From Psilocybe cubensis (lineage: Eukaryota), in assembly GCA_017499595.2 (NCBI GenBank), contig CM038999.1, positions 3,596,001-3,660,000 of the forward strand: a stretch of DNA of 64,000 bases, written 5' to 3'. How positions within the stretch are numbered: position 1 is the stretch's first letter; each line of letters opens with the position of its first letter. The translations under genes and the position numbers were made by a program. Below are positions 37,818 to 50,590 of this stretch, piece by piece. The notes under the pieces were generated by a model. The model saw only the letters and a program-made list of their open reading frames with translations. It did no database searches and had not been told where the DNA came from.

Positions 37818-40800
37818 CTACTTTCCCATATAGATAAACGGGACCCATCGACGGAACGAGACTTTATTGCTCCGCAATTCCTGGACTGCAGTATGGAGTG
37901 CATACGCAGACTTTGTCACGTCCGGGACAGTTGCCCTTTGTCCATCATTAGTACCAAGAAGCTCGCGGTAGAAGACATTTGCAATAGTTGGCCCATCGTC
38001 GTCTCGCATTGCCCTAAAACACAGATTATGACCACGTTAAAACGGTACTAGCCAAAGCTTTGTTTTCCATCGAACTTACCACATGGTAGCAACGACCCTT
38101 TCAAAACCAGAGAAGAGCAAACTCGCACCGATATTCATCGCCTCGTCTGGAAGCTTCTCATCACCCATGGCAGTTTCGCAAGCACAAAGGAAGGCAAGCG
38201 ATCCGTTGCGCATATTTTCTTTCATGATTCGGGATATCCGAAGTATCCCGTCATCGAGCTTCAATCCACTGTCGAGCGGTTTAAATGGATCTTGCATCCC
38301 ATGACAGGCGAAGTGGACGACAGAAATATCAGCAAGGCGGGAAGCAACATCTTCGACTCCTGCAGGCGATCCAGCAACACCTAATTCAATGAGAAAATTG
38401 GGAGATACGTGCTGTCGAATATTCATTAATTCGATTTCGGTGGAAGGGAGCTCATGAGATTGTATCACGGTCATCATCCGGAAGTTGTCAGGAGCAGGCG
38501 CATATGGCCGTGAAAGTAGAGCACCGATGGTGGGAGTGTACGTTGAAATAAAGTAATCGAGTGCGCATTCAGTAGCTGGATAGCCCCCATAGCGCCCAGC
38601 CGCATGTAGCGGGAGAAAGGTGAAATAGCCTGTGGGACACCACTGTAAGATAGGCTTCGGTGTTGATGTCTAGAGCAGAACATCAGTAAGCGGTACGCAT
38701 AACAGTCGGGAGTACTGACCTTGATATTGAGGTAATCAATTACTGGTTTCACTAATTCATCCCATAACATGCCCAAAACAAATCTGAAAGCCTCGTCGGA
38801 GTCTTCGCTGTCATTTTGATAACTTATTCCCCTTTCCTCGCCTAAAAGTCTGGCTATTGTTTCTTGGGTTTCGTCGATCAATGACCGCGGAATCGTAGTC
38901 TGAGAGACAGCCGTTCGAACGTTATCAACAAGGACTTTCAGAACAGGGGTGCGCAAATTTGGGAGGGGTATGTGATGAATGTTTGACGCTGTCATGATGA
39001 GGCAGTGACTCTTGTCATCATTGGAGACGAGCAAGATAATCGGATGTTGAACTGCAGCATGTTTGAGGGATGAAAAACGGGGCGGGGTTAGAAAATCTTC
39101 AAACCCCTCTATTTTTCTGACTGCGATGACAGTCTCTTCCCATTCTTCACTAAGCGCCGTCATTCGTGACGTTTCTTGTTCGATGGAAATTTTCCTCTCG
39201 TTATCGAACAGTTCAGTAGAGGCAATACGATGAGATCCTGCCTCTAGAGCAGCAGCAACATTTCGTAATTTATTGGCAAGTTCAGGCCCATTGGGTTCGA
39301 TGCTGAGCAATCGGTCAACGGGTGACCTGAGAGACAAGACTTGGGACCAGAATACACTACGCCCTCCTTCCAGCAACTCTATAGCCAGCTCAAAGTTTCC
39401 CGCATCAATCGCGCAGCTAGATGCATCACGCGCTAGTCCGTCACTTCCCGCAGCTAAAGCCTTGTGTCGCGATTCTACACTGAGACTCAGAGCCGCTACC
39501 TGAGGTAATGCTCGCAGTGCAGCTTGATATGCAGTGATGGCAGAGCCATGTTGGTTTCGTTTGGCTTCCGCTATCCATCGTTTTGCAACGCGGAGTCGGT
39601 AGGATGAAGATTGGTATAGATATTGTGTAGCATCAAGGAACAAAGACATTGCTTCTTCTAAGTCTTTGCCTTGACCCCTATTTTGGTATCGGATTGACAA
39701 TTCATAGGCAAGATTGTGAAGAGACGCAGATCGATCAGGATGCGGAGAAGGTCGCAAACCCAATGCTTCTCTATGCAAATGGATGGACTCGTCGTGATCC
39801 TCGTATTTGCCTGTTTCTTTACATTGGGTCGCCAGCGCTCTGGCAAGGTTGTTAAGTGTAATGGGACGAAGAGGATGGGACAATGGTTGGTATTCAAGTG
39901 CTTGTCTAAGGAGGGTAATAGACTCATCCAGGTCGTCGCGTTGGCCTCGAGCAAGAAATCGGGTTGACAAAAGGTTTCCTAAATTCGTTAACACAATAAA
40001 TCTATAGGGATGGGATGGAGAAAAGAGTAGCAGCGCTTCTCTATTAAGGGATATAGCTTCATCAAGGTTTCCGGGTTCATGTGTTTGTTCGTATCGGGTA
40101 CCTAATGCACTCGCGAGATTTGTCAAAAATGAGGGTCGAGCAGAGTGAGACGGCGACTGTCGTTCAAGGGCTTGCCGATGGAGTGAAATGGATTCTTCTA
40201 GGTCTTGTTGCTCTCTACTTCGCAGAAAGCGATCCAATAAAGAATTGGCTAGTCGCGAAAGGGTTTCGGCTCGTTGTGCATGCGATAAAGGTACGAGTTC
40301 AACAGCCTGCCTAAAAAGAGAGACCGATTCATCAAGGTCGCGGCGTTGGCCTCTGTAGTCAAACCGCATTGATAGCCCATAACCAAGTTGTTTCAGAGCA
40401 CCGACCTTACCAAGGTGTGAGGAAGGAAGAATTTCCAAAGCCATTACGCTCAACGAAATAGATTCGTCGAGGTCATCTTGCCGGCCTTGTTGCTGGAATC
40501 GAGTCAGCAACGCGCTTGCAAGATTTATGAGCGAGCCAGGCCGGTCTGAGTGCGGCGCCTGGCGGAGCTCGAGGGCTCGCCTACCAACAGAAATGGCATA
40601 GTCAAGATCACGCTGTTCGCCTTCTCGTCTAAATCTGGCCAGAAGCGAAGATGCGAACTGATTGAGTAGTGTAGATAATAGTGGATGTGATGCAGAGAAA
40701 AGGTTGCTCTTTGATGCTTGTTCCAAGGCTGAGGATGGATTATTAATGGATTGGGATGGAAGAAATGGGTCAAGAGCTTCTTGATGAAGTGATATTGCCT

Positions 40801-43800
40801 CGTCCAAGTCACTTATGTCGTTCTTCTGTTCGAAGCGTGTGAATAGGGCGCCTGCCAGATTGATCAACGAACCGAGCCGATCAGGATGTGGAGGAGGCTC
40901 AAGCGCTAAGACTTGTTTATGATAAGAAATGACTCTGTCGAGGTCACTTTGTTGGCTGTCTTGTTCGAACCGGACCATAAGCGAAACTACCAGAGCACGA
41001 AGCAAGATTGGTCGATGGAGATGAGATGAGAGTTGAGGCTCCCGTACACTCTCTAGAATGGATATAGATTCATTGAGATCATTCCGCTGGCCTCTATGAT
41101 GAAACCGGGTACACAGACAAGTTCCAAGATTGATCATGACGACAGAACGATTGGGATGGGTTTCAGGGAAGAGTTCCAATGCCTCTCTATTCAGGCTAAT
41201 GGCTTCATCAAGGTCAGCATTTTTGCTGGCTTGTGAAAACCTGCATAACAACGCATCTGCGAGATTGGTTAATGAGGAAGCGCGGTCGGGATGAGGTGGA
41301 GGCCGGAGTGGAAGGGATTGTCGATAAAGAGAAATTGCGCCGTCCAAATCGTTTTTCTGGCCATCTTGTTTAAATCGGGTCAATAGAGAACCAGCAAGGC
41401 AGCCAAGTGACATTGATCGATATGGGTCAGACGGTGATTGAAGTTCGAGGGCTTTTCCCAGAATTGAGATAGATTCATCCAAGTCGCTCCGTTCGCCTTT
41501 ATGACTGAACCGGATCCATAATGCTTGCCCATAATTGATAAGAATCCTGGACCGGCTAAGATGGGACGATAAATTGAGTTCAAGAGCTTCTTTGTTCAGT
41601 CGAATAGCTTCGTCAAGGTCGAATTGTTGACCACGCTTCTGAAATCGAGTAAACAATGAAATTGCAAGATTTGCTAAGGAGCCAGGGCGATCTGGGTGGT
41701 TTAACGGTCGCAATTCGAGGACTTGTTCAAAGAGAGTGACAGATTCGTCTAGGTCGTGCTGTTTTCCTCCTATAGCAAACCGAGTTAGAAAAGAATTCGC
41801 AAGGTTCGTGAGACATGTACATCTATGTGGATGAGAAGACTTTTGTAACTTGAGAGCTTCTTGAAGGAGAGAGATGGATTCATCGAGATCACCCTGGTGC
41901 CCTGTGTGACGGAATCTAGTTGACAGAGCTCGACCAAGGTTGATCAGAGGGTTTATTCGAGTGGAAAGTGACGGGAGGATCAAAGAGAGAGCCTCCCTGT
42001 CAAGCTTTATCGCTTCGTCAAGATCACTTATTTGATTACCTTGTTCAAATCTGGTGAACAACGCATTTGCAAGGTTGGTCAAAGAGCCGGACCGGTCAGG
42101 ATGAGGTGATCGTCGGAGTTCAAGGGCTTGCTGTTGCAGTGAAATGGCTTTGTCAAGGTCAAGTTGATTACCTTGGCTATGATATTGGTATATCAGCGAA
42201 TTTGCAAGGCTGCTAAGTGATATAGGGCGCAGGGGATGGGGTGGAGACTGAAGTACAAGTGCTTGCTCGAGTAGAGACATAGATTCAACAAGGTCATCTT
42301 GGAGGCCGCGATGGCGAAATCGGGTTGAGAGTACTTGCCCAAGATTCATCAACACTTTGGATCGGCTGGGATGTGGTGGACGCAGTATCTCGAGGGCTTC
42401 CCTGTTTAAAGATACTGACTCGTCAAGGTCATCGAGTTGACCGGCTTGTTCGAAACGTGTCAATAAGGAATTGGCCAGGTTGATGAGGCAACTAGCTTTT
42501 TCAGGATCCGAAGGATTGTGCAATTTCAATGCTTGTCGATGCATAGAAATGGAATCGTTGAGATCTTGTAGGTCGCCTTTTTGATTGAACCGAGTCAATA
42601 AAGAGTTTGCAAAATTGGTAAGAGTTGATGATTGTTCCGATCCCAAAGACTGTTGAATTTTCATAGATTGTCTGAGAAGAGAAATAGATTCATCGAGATC
42701 GTCGGGTTGACCTTCGTGGCGAAATCGAGCAGAGAGTACAACACCAAGATTCTCCATAAAGCCATGTCGATTAGGATGTGATAGAGGGGCAAGATCTAGA
42801 GATCTCCTGCTAAGAGCAATGGCTTCGTCAAGGTCATCTAGTTCACCCTCTTGCTTGAATTTGGTTGACAACGCTTGTGCGAGGTTGGACAAATGAAGAG
42901 GTAGATCGAAATGAGGGGGATGTTGTAACTCAATAATTTGCCTAAACAAAGAAATGGCTTGTTCCAGATCACCCTCTTCACCTTTAACTCTGAATCGGTC
43001 CAATAAGACTGCCGCTAAAAGATCGATGACAAGTAAACGATCGCCACACCACCGAGGTAAAGTTTGAACCCCTTCTCGACAGATTTTCTCTGCATTATTA
43101 AGGGCCTGTAGGTCTCCCGACTTCATAAATTTCTTGTAAAGCTCTCTGGCAGACTGAAATCGTTCCAGGACATCGACGACGACCTCAAGTGGCCATTCAT
43201 CCATCCAAATCGATGATGTTCTTTGAACGTAGGATATATCGCCTGATGTATCAAGCCGGGAAGCTAGCATTCCGTGGATGCAGAATCGTAACATGGATAG
43301 TCTATCGTCTCCTTGGGGAATATACGTGAGGGCGTCCTGCAGGCTAGATATGGCCAAATTGAAATCATCTTCGGCTGTATCGGAGCAGATGAGGAAACGG
43401 GTGAATACTGCCTTGGCCAGTGTCGTCAAAGCCACAACTTTGGTATCAACATTGGACGAAAGATATAAAAGCGATTGCTGCACCATATCAATGACAGTGT
43501 TCAGAACATGAAGAGGAATGGATCTGTGAAAGTCGACTAAGTGAGCCTTTCCCAATCTCATCTCTGCGTTGCTTTCATCCAGAGGTGTCTATGTGTCCAT
43601 CTAATAAGCATGTATATTGGTTTTATATGAGAAAAACGCTTACATTATCAGTAGTATCGAATTCGTAGATTTCGGCAGTCTTGAGGGGAAGACGTGATGC
43701 TTCCAAAAAGTCGCCTATCTGATAGGTGTACATGAACCTAACACTTAACGAAGATATGAGATTGAACGTGGCTTCGGCGTAGAGTGGATGGGGCGCTGTA

Positions 43801-44288
43801 TAACGATTGGAAACTTGACGGAACAGCAAGACGGCTGCGTCAAGTTTTGAGAACGACAACCCTCCTAGACATTCTTCCAACATAGAGGTAGCACAACGCA
43901 CAGCCTCTAATGCATCTTCCTCGTCGCGAATCAAGGTCTATCCAATGGCTAAGATTAGCCACGCTGCGACGAAAGATGTGTCGATACTCGGAATGACATA
44001 CAACGTTTGCTGAGGAAGACTTTGGCTGCGTGTTGTAATTTGACCTCAATCATTCAATTATGAAGAGTGAACATGAACGTACTGAGTCTTGTAAACTTAA
44101 TTTCGTGTTTGATTCCTCATCGTTGCTGATCGTTGTTGTCTGTTGATATCACGATTAGGAGACGCATAAGACCAGTCTGGCGCTGTAGCACGAACCAGAA
44201 CTCTTTGATGAGAGGCAAAACAAGATTCAGTTGAAAGCGTAGAACACGGCTGAAGTCGCTGTTCTTGGATTTGTTTAGGATCTATCAT
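37818..44288 (-). CDS. TPR-repeat/CHAT (caspase-HetF associated with TPRs) protease
   Basis: Four short 5' exons starting at ATG 44288 splice in frame into the ~4.9-kb repeat exon. About 25 repeats of 45 aa are followed by AIELLEGGRSVFWSQ, LWDELVKPV, WCPTGYFTFLPLHAAG, catalytic His VVHFACHG, catalytic Cys AFLCACETA, GFERVVATMW and WVPFIYMGK*. Confidence 0.93.
39665..43100 (-). repeat. Coding tandem array of ~25 TPR-like 45-aa (135-bp) units in the CHAT protein
   Basis: Consensus DLDE(S/A)ISLxRxALEL..PxHPxR...LxNL(A/G)xxLxTRF..xG.. read directly from the 1695-aa ORF. Confidence 0.95.
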
Positions 44289-44648
44289 ATCACGATAGGT
44301 TAGGACTAAGTACTACTATGAAGCAAAAACATACTTTGTCAAGATTACTTGCACCAGCAAATACTGTACGTAAACAAGCCCGGCCTCGCTTACTTCGTAT
44401 TAGTGCAGTCCAGGGCTCGTGACCACAACACTGCTGGAACCCACAGAAATGCAGTAGAACTCCATTTAAGTTGGATTTGAGAGGAATGCGACTCAAAGTT
44501 TTGTGGAAGAGATTTAAGTTTAAATATCTCATTAAATAATGGAAAGGTTTGAAAATGTGGGTACGTATCTACCTGTTTCGAGATACAGAATTTATGTTTG
44601 AACTATTTGAAGTAAATCCATTGCTAGTGCTACTGAATAAGCAAAATT

Positions 44649-47019
44649 TCATCCGCGTTGAACCAACGGCACCGTAAGTACATCCCAGGTATCATCAGAC
44701 CCATTTAGAGCTCGCTTGAGCGGCCTACCATCATAGGGCCTGCTTTGACGAGCAATTCCCCGCCACACTCCGTTAGTGTCCCGAACCAAAGGAGGAGGTT
44801 GCACGATACTTGACAGTCCACCGCCTAGATACTTTTTCGAGATAAAAATCTTCAAAAATCCGATGTCAAGGGACTGCCCTTCATAAAGCTGCAAGCGAAG
44901 GAGTTTCCCGCCTCCGTTTCTGAAATTGAGAGCGACCGGCGTTGGGCCTGTGCCCTCCACGCAGGCTGGTAACGTTGGATCGACCACGGCGGAACCTTTT
45001 GAAACAGGTGGATCATAAAAAGATCCTGAGAGAGTACAACATCTAAGAAAGATAGTAGGATAAAAAGTTAGCACTCACCGATTTCCAGGGTGCTGCAATC
45101 AAAGAAAAAAACCCATGCAAATAACGGAAATTTAGTCTTATTGACAATTTCAATGCCATATGCCGGAATACTATTGCTTTGAGATCCAGCCATCGCAGCT
45201 TCAACTTCGTATGCTCCATGTGCGGCAGTTGGAAGACGACGCTTGAATTTCATTTCTCGCCGAATTTTCCCGTTGACTATCTCATATGAGCTGCTGTCTT
45301 CCAGCTCGCAGAGAAACACTTCTACTCCATCCTTAAGATTTCCACTTTGCGATTCGCGGTTTAGATGGTCGAAGAAATGAGCCGCGGAGCGAAGCACCCG
45401 TCGTACTCGAGGAGAATCTAGAGATAGTGTGAATTGCAAACCATCTAATCCAAATTTTCCCACTTTGGATTTCTTTGGGTAAAGGAAAGCAATCTCGCCA
45501 TCCCTGATGTCCAAGGTAAGATCCCAATCCAGGTTATCAACTGGGCTTGTAACATCAAAGCAAAGCTGGGGTCGTCCAAATTGATCTTCAGGGTTCTCCC
45601 GCTGTATGGCGTCTTTGACACAGGAGACTATCGAATCATCTCCAACGTGAACAAAAAACTTGCTTGGTGAAGCAACCCTGGGGGAGGCAACAGCTGACTC
45701 GTACTCTATCAGCTTGAGTTCTTCTTCACTGCATATCAGAGAAGAAGTGGTAGCACCAACGGCCCCTACTACGAAATTTCCAATAAGAGTGCTGTTAATG
45801 CTAAACACCTTCGAAGTATAGACCCCGTATTCAGTTCCAGTATGCACGCCAACCATACCACCAGCGCACAAGATAAGTTTACCATTATCCTTAATGACGT
45901 CAAACGTAGGGCGTCCAACGTTGATCTCCTTCAAATCGAAAAGCATGCTGTGTTTACTATTTCCTTCGCACAATGGATGCTGCCTATCTCTCTCTGATCA
46001 ATAACACAACAGTATAGAGACGTTAAAAGTACTCACTGACTAGATTTCAAAACGACACCTCGAATGAGTCCAACATACGAAAGGGCGCTCAGGTTGATAG
46101 TATCCTTTTTTAAATAATTTAAAAGACCTTGAGTGAAGGAATAGCCATCGGATGCCCTTTCTTCAGAACCACAGGCAGCGAGTAGGACATGTGATTCGAG
46201 GCCAGCGTGGCGATACTTATAATCAATCACGGCTCCTCTGTTGAAGTCGATGAATTTCTCCCAGATTGACATTTGATAATCACCTGGAACAGTGATAGGT
46301 TTTCCTTCTGGGCTACTGAATTCGATTCCACGAAAGAGCTCCGAAGCATCACGAGTGCCAGATCCGGAGTGGCAACAATCAAGAATTATTGTCTGAATTG
46401 CGACTTGAGCATAAATAGAGGGGGATCATAAAAGCGACACACGCACGATATTGCTCCCTTTCTTGTCAGCCAAGTTGTGGAGGAGAGCAGCAAGAGTGCG
46501 GTCGAGCACAACGCCGCTGGCGAAGTGCCGATGATTCTCTTTCGAAACTTGTGCATCAGCCGCGACGATACATTGAATCTTGGTCTTCTCCGGCCATCCT
46601 CCTTCAGGTTCCTTCCGACTGTATCCAGGCCAACCTTCGGGGGGAGGTATTGACGCGCCATGGCCAGAGTAATAGATCAGTATCGCGTCGTTCTTCTTAA
46701 CCAATGGGTCGATTTCCAGTTTTCTTATGGCATCTATAATTTTTGAATGAGTGGCAGCCTCGTTTGTCAATTCTCGTATATCGAGCTGGGAGCCTTCTGG
46801 AACATCGAAAGAAGAAAGCAGAAAGTCCTTCATATACACCATATCGCGAACGGCCCCGTTCAAAGAGGATATTCTAGCCGAATATTTATCAATTCCAATG
46901 AGGAGAGCGTGAAAGCTAGTACGCCACTTAGTTAACAGAGAATTGTCAAGAGACCGATATTTCTCTTACTTTTCCCAGTTCAAATGACCCAGACGCCGGG
47001 GAGTCCGAATACTGTCCAT
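44649..47019 (-). CDS. Caspase-like protease (Peptidase C14 fold) with a long C-terminal extension
   Basis: FHALLIGIDKY...LNGAVRD...LTNEAATHSKII; catalytic His ILIYYSGHG; catalytic Cys IILDCCHSGSGTR (~46350-46390); p10-like SHVLLAAC...FTQGLL...QHPLCEG. About 430 further residues follow, including YGIEIVNKTKFPLFAWVFFFD and DIGFLKIFIS. Confidence 0.9.
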
Positions 47020-47765
47020 TTCTCTCGACGAATATGCAGCTGTAACGAGCGGTGGTGCGTCACTCGAGCAGCAAAAAAATATTTCTCCAAAAACCCAGGA
47101 ACTCTCGGAGATAGGGTGAATTTGATGACGATAATGACAATGTAAGAGAACTCCGAAGTTTGAATGTTTCCCTCTTATGTGTGTTGTAAATCTTTCCGAG
47201 GACGCGCCAATGTGTACATGAGGCACCCGCGTGGTCTAGGATGCAGTGCGATCAGGTTTAAGTTTTTTTGGAAACAAATGATATGAAGATATTGGTTGTT
47301 ATAGGTCGTTGCACAACTTCAATGCTACGAAAGGGAAACAAAAACTCACCACTGTTCGTCCATCACCTCTGACAGCACTGCTTTGTCGACACTGCGCGGC
47401 CAAACCAAGGTGTGAAAGTCACAAAGCGGTGTAAAACTCTTGCAGGTGCGTATGTCTTGACTCTTGAGGTAGTCGATATATGGAGGTATTCTAATGAAAG
47501 AACGATGCTATGAGTGGCTATGCGTGCACCCTGCGTGCGCCTATGCCTTAAGTTAGTACGGTCAACTTTTGGCATATTGCCTCTTCTGCCAATTTCAACA
47601 GCGTCGTCGCAAAATAAATGTAGTATTGAAAATAGTAAGAGGTGTATTAATAATTCCAAGAGGATGTACAAAGTGAGGAGGAGAGACGTGGGAGTCCTTG
47701 TTGCCGGAACGGGAATGCGCTCTCAACTTCAATAAGGTCACGTGCACTATAACCCGTTAGCGAGC

Positions 47766-50590
47766 CTAGGCACCAAGGCGACCAGAAAGTTGTTTTTGTG
47801 CACTTTCCAGCCTCTCCAGCTTTTTCTCCAGGTCTGCACGTCGGTCCGCAACCTGTGGACTCTCCAACGCAAACTCTTTGCTGATCTCATAACCCCTAGC
47901 TGTGTTTGTTCCTAGATCATCAGAAATCTTCTTCAGCAAGTCCCTCGTCAATCCTTTCACAAGCTCGCGGTCGATGGAAAGGGGGACGTTGTCCGCGAAT
48001 CGTTTATAAGCCACTGCACGAGAACACATTTTAAGAAAGGCGACAAAATAGGGGGTTCAAAAGCGGAACTGACCTTGGAAATATGCCCGAACGTCGGACA
48101 TGATGTTCAACGCTGGTTCCATCTCGTCAGAGGGCAACAACTTCTGCAGATCGATGATGTTGAGTCCTTGTAAGCCCAGAGCAGCCAGCGCCGCCAGCGC
48201 TTGAGGAATTTGTGGATTATTTTCTTCACTCAAAGTCGACATCAACCCTGAGCCAGTGTAACGTTGCCGCTCTCCCTTATAATATGCCAGGAACTTTTCT
48301 TTGTAATCAGCGAAGTAATGCGTATTCAACGAGAACGGATCTTCTTCTAACTCGAGAAGCCATGAGATTTTGTTTTCAGCGTTCGACCTGCATTGTTCGA
48401 TGTGCTGGCGCATTATCGACCTGACAACATGGAATCAGTGAATGTTATTCAAAAATTCTGGTTGAATATGATTCATATCGACGGAAACTTACCTGATGCT
48501 ATGCTCGAGATGACCTTGCCCAAAATCCTTGAAGTGTTTTTCTACAAGATTCTGAACATGTACTAGCATGCTTCCGTAAACAGTCTTGCAGAGCTCCAGA
48601 GCAGGCGCCCTCCATTCTTTGATCACAGATTCAATGAATGTCTTCTGAACAACGTATGGGAAATGGCCAGGCAACTCTCTTGTTCGAGCACTACCATGGA
48701 TAAACATACAGTTTAGCTTCCTGCTACAGGATAAAAAAGTTCACACATACCGATTTGCCCTTTCCATAACATCATCAATATAGATCTTATTGTTAGGAAG
48801 AGCCTTCCTCTTCGACGACCTTGAGCTGGAGACATCGCTGAGGCTGTCACTCGGCGTCAACTCCTGCTCTCTTGGTTCACGATCTTCATCCTCGCTCTCC
48901 TCATTGTCCCACACCTGACCTTCTTCTTCGACAAGAAACTCCGCCCTCGAAATATGCCTTTGTTCTTCGTACTTCCTCTCAAACGGCCGGAATTGGGGCG
49001 CAGTCGCGCGTATGGCTCTCCGGAACCGTTCCTGAGCGGGTCGGATGACCTGCAACAATCCATTTTCGTCCGGCACACCCTCTACATGCCTACCCAAGTC
49101 GGTGACAAAGTTATATACCAAGGACGCGATCTCGCTTTGCGGATTGGCAGGGGGCGGAGGGGGCAGTCGCTGGAGCTCCTTTCTGCATGTGTTGATGCTC
49201 GCGTCGAGCTCGTTGAAGATTTCAGGCAACCTGTTAAAAGCGAACTATATCAAGGGAGAAAACATTGTTATCAACAAAAAGATTGCTCACCGCTTGGCAA
49301 TCAAGTCAGACAACACTGAGCTTAACCTGTTCACTAAGTTGACAGTTCGCAAGTGCTTTTGGTACAGGGCATCGAGTTCGTTCCAGGGCGCAGCTGCCGA
49401 AAAGAATTCATTTTCTTTCTGTCTTACATCCGCCCAGGTCGTGATTTGCTTCAACTCGTGGGAGCTCGGTTGTTTAACGCAGAACCAGCCATTCTCAAGC
49501 GGTTCCTTCTCATTGCGAATGAAGGGGATCCAGTTGGATTCTTCGCCAGTTGGAATGCGATCGGGTTTGGTCAGGACACCGATCGTTCTCTTGCCTTCCG
49601 GGTCGTACTGTTTTGTGAGACGATGCGCGCCTTGGTTTTCGAAATCGGCTAATAGGAGGTTTTAGAAAGAAAAAATATATGTGTTATCGAAAGCGTACTT
49701 TCGCAAGCGACTGTCAATAGAATGATGCAGTTGGGCTTTTTAATGTATGTAGTGACCAGATTCTGAACAAGAGCGATGTCATTCCCATCTCCAGAACCAC
49801 TTGCTTGACTCGCAATCAATCCTAGAAAACATATAGCAGTCAGTGCTAGAACATTTCAAGTGCCAAGGGAACCTACCTGGTAGATCAACGAAAGAAAGAT
49901 CGGCCACATCAGGGCCACTAATCTGCAAGCTTACAGCATTGATGGAAAAGCTCAATTGCGGTTTCAAATCTTCGAAGTCTGTTTCCTCTAAAAAGTACTT
50001 GAGGGGTTTGTTTGGATTCAAGATTGCGAGTTGAGCCCTCCTGATACGATCTTCGACTTGGCTTTTATCGTAGATGACACTCCCAAATACTGGGTTTTGA
50101 GCTTGACCCAATACTTGGCCTGAAGCGTCCGTGATATAACGCAGTGAAACAATACATTGCCATGGGGCGTTGCTCTTTGATAACTTGCATTCGGTGGGGC
50201 ATCTAGATGGTGAATACAAAGGGTCGGTAAACGAAGAAAGTGTGACTAAAAAACGAAAGACGTACCGAGTACAAGTACCAGCGGCGCGCGGCAAAGTAAT
50301 CCCAGATATGCTCTCTATCAGAGACGACTTGCCGGCACTTTGAGAGCCAATGACAGCAATTTGGGGAAGATCGATGTCGACTTGAACACTACAAATGTCA
50401 TTGAGTTTGTTAGATTAAAGAATACAGACATTGGACGGGCGTACCCAGTAGAGTGGAGGCGGTTGACTAGATCAAGCATATGCCTCCTGCCTTGAGAAAT
50501 GGCGGGATTGGAAAGTCCGACTCCAGAGTTACTGCCGCCATGGTCGTCTGATACCTTCATCGGCATGGGAGTAGAAACAGATTCAAGCAT
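47766..50590 (-). CDS. Mx-like dynamin-family GTPase, copy B
   Basis: Same G1-G4 motifs as copy A (IDLPQIAVIGSQSAGKSSLIE; TCTRCPTE; DLPG; VLTKPD), plus RTRELPG and GED AYKRFADNVPLSID...RRADLEKKLERLESA; stop at 47766. Confidence 0.93.

Noticed and set aside
38474-38720. Apparent frameshift or odd C-terminus of the 1695-aa ORF before the CHAT core
   Set aside because: Explained by an intron (NIK|GTCAGT...CTCTAG|TSTPKPILQWCPTG); the spliced frame is continuous.
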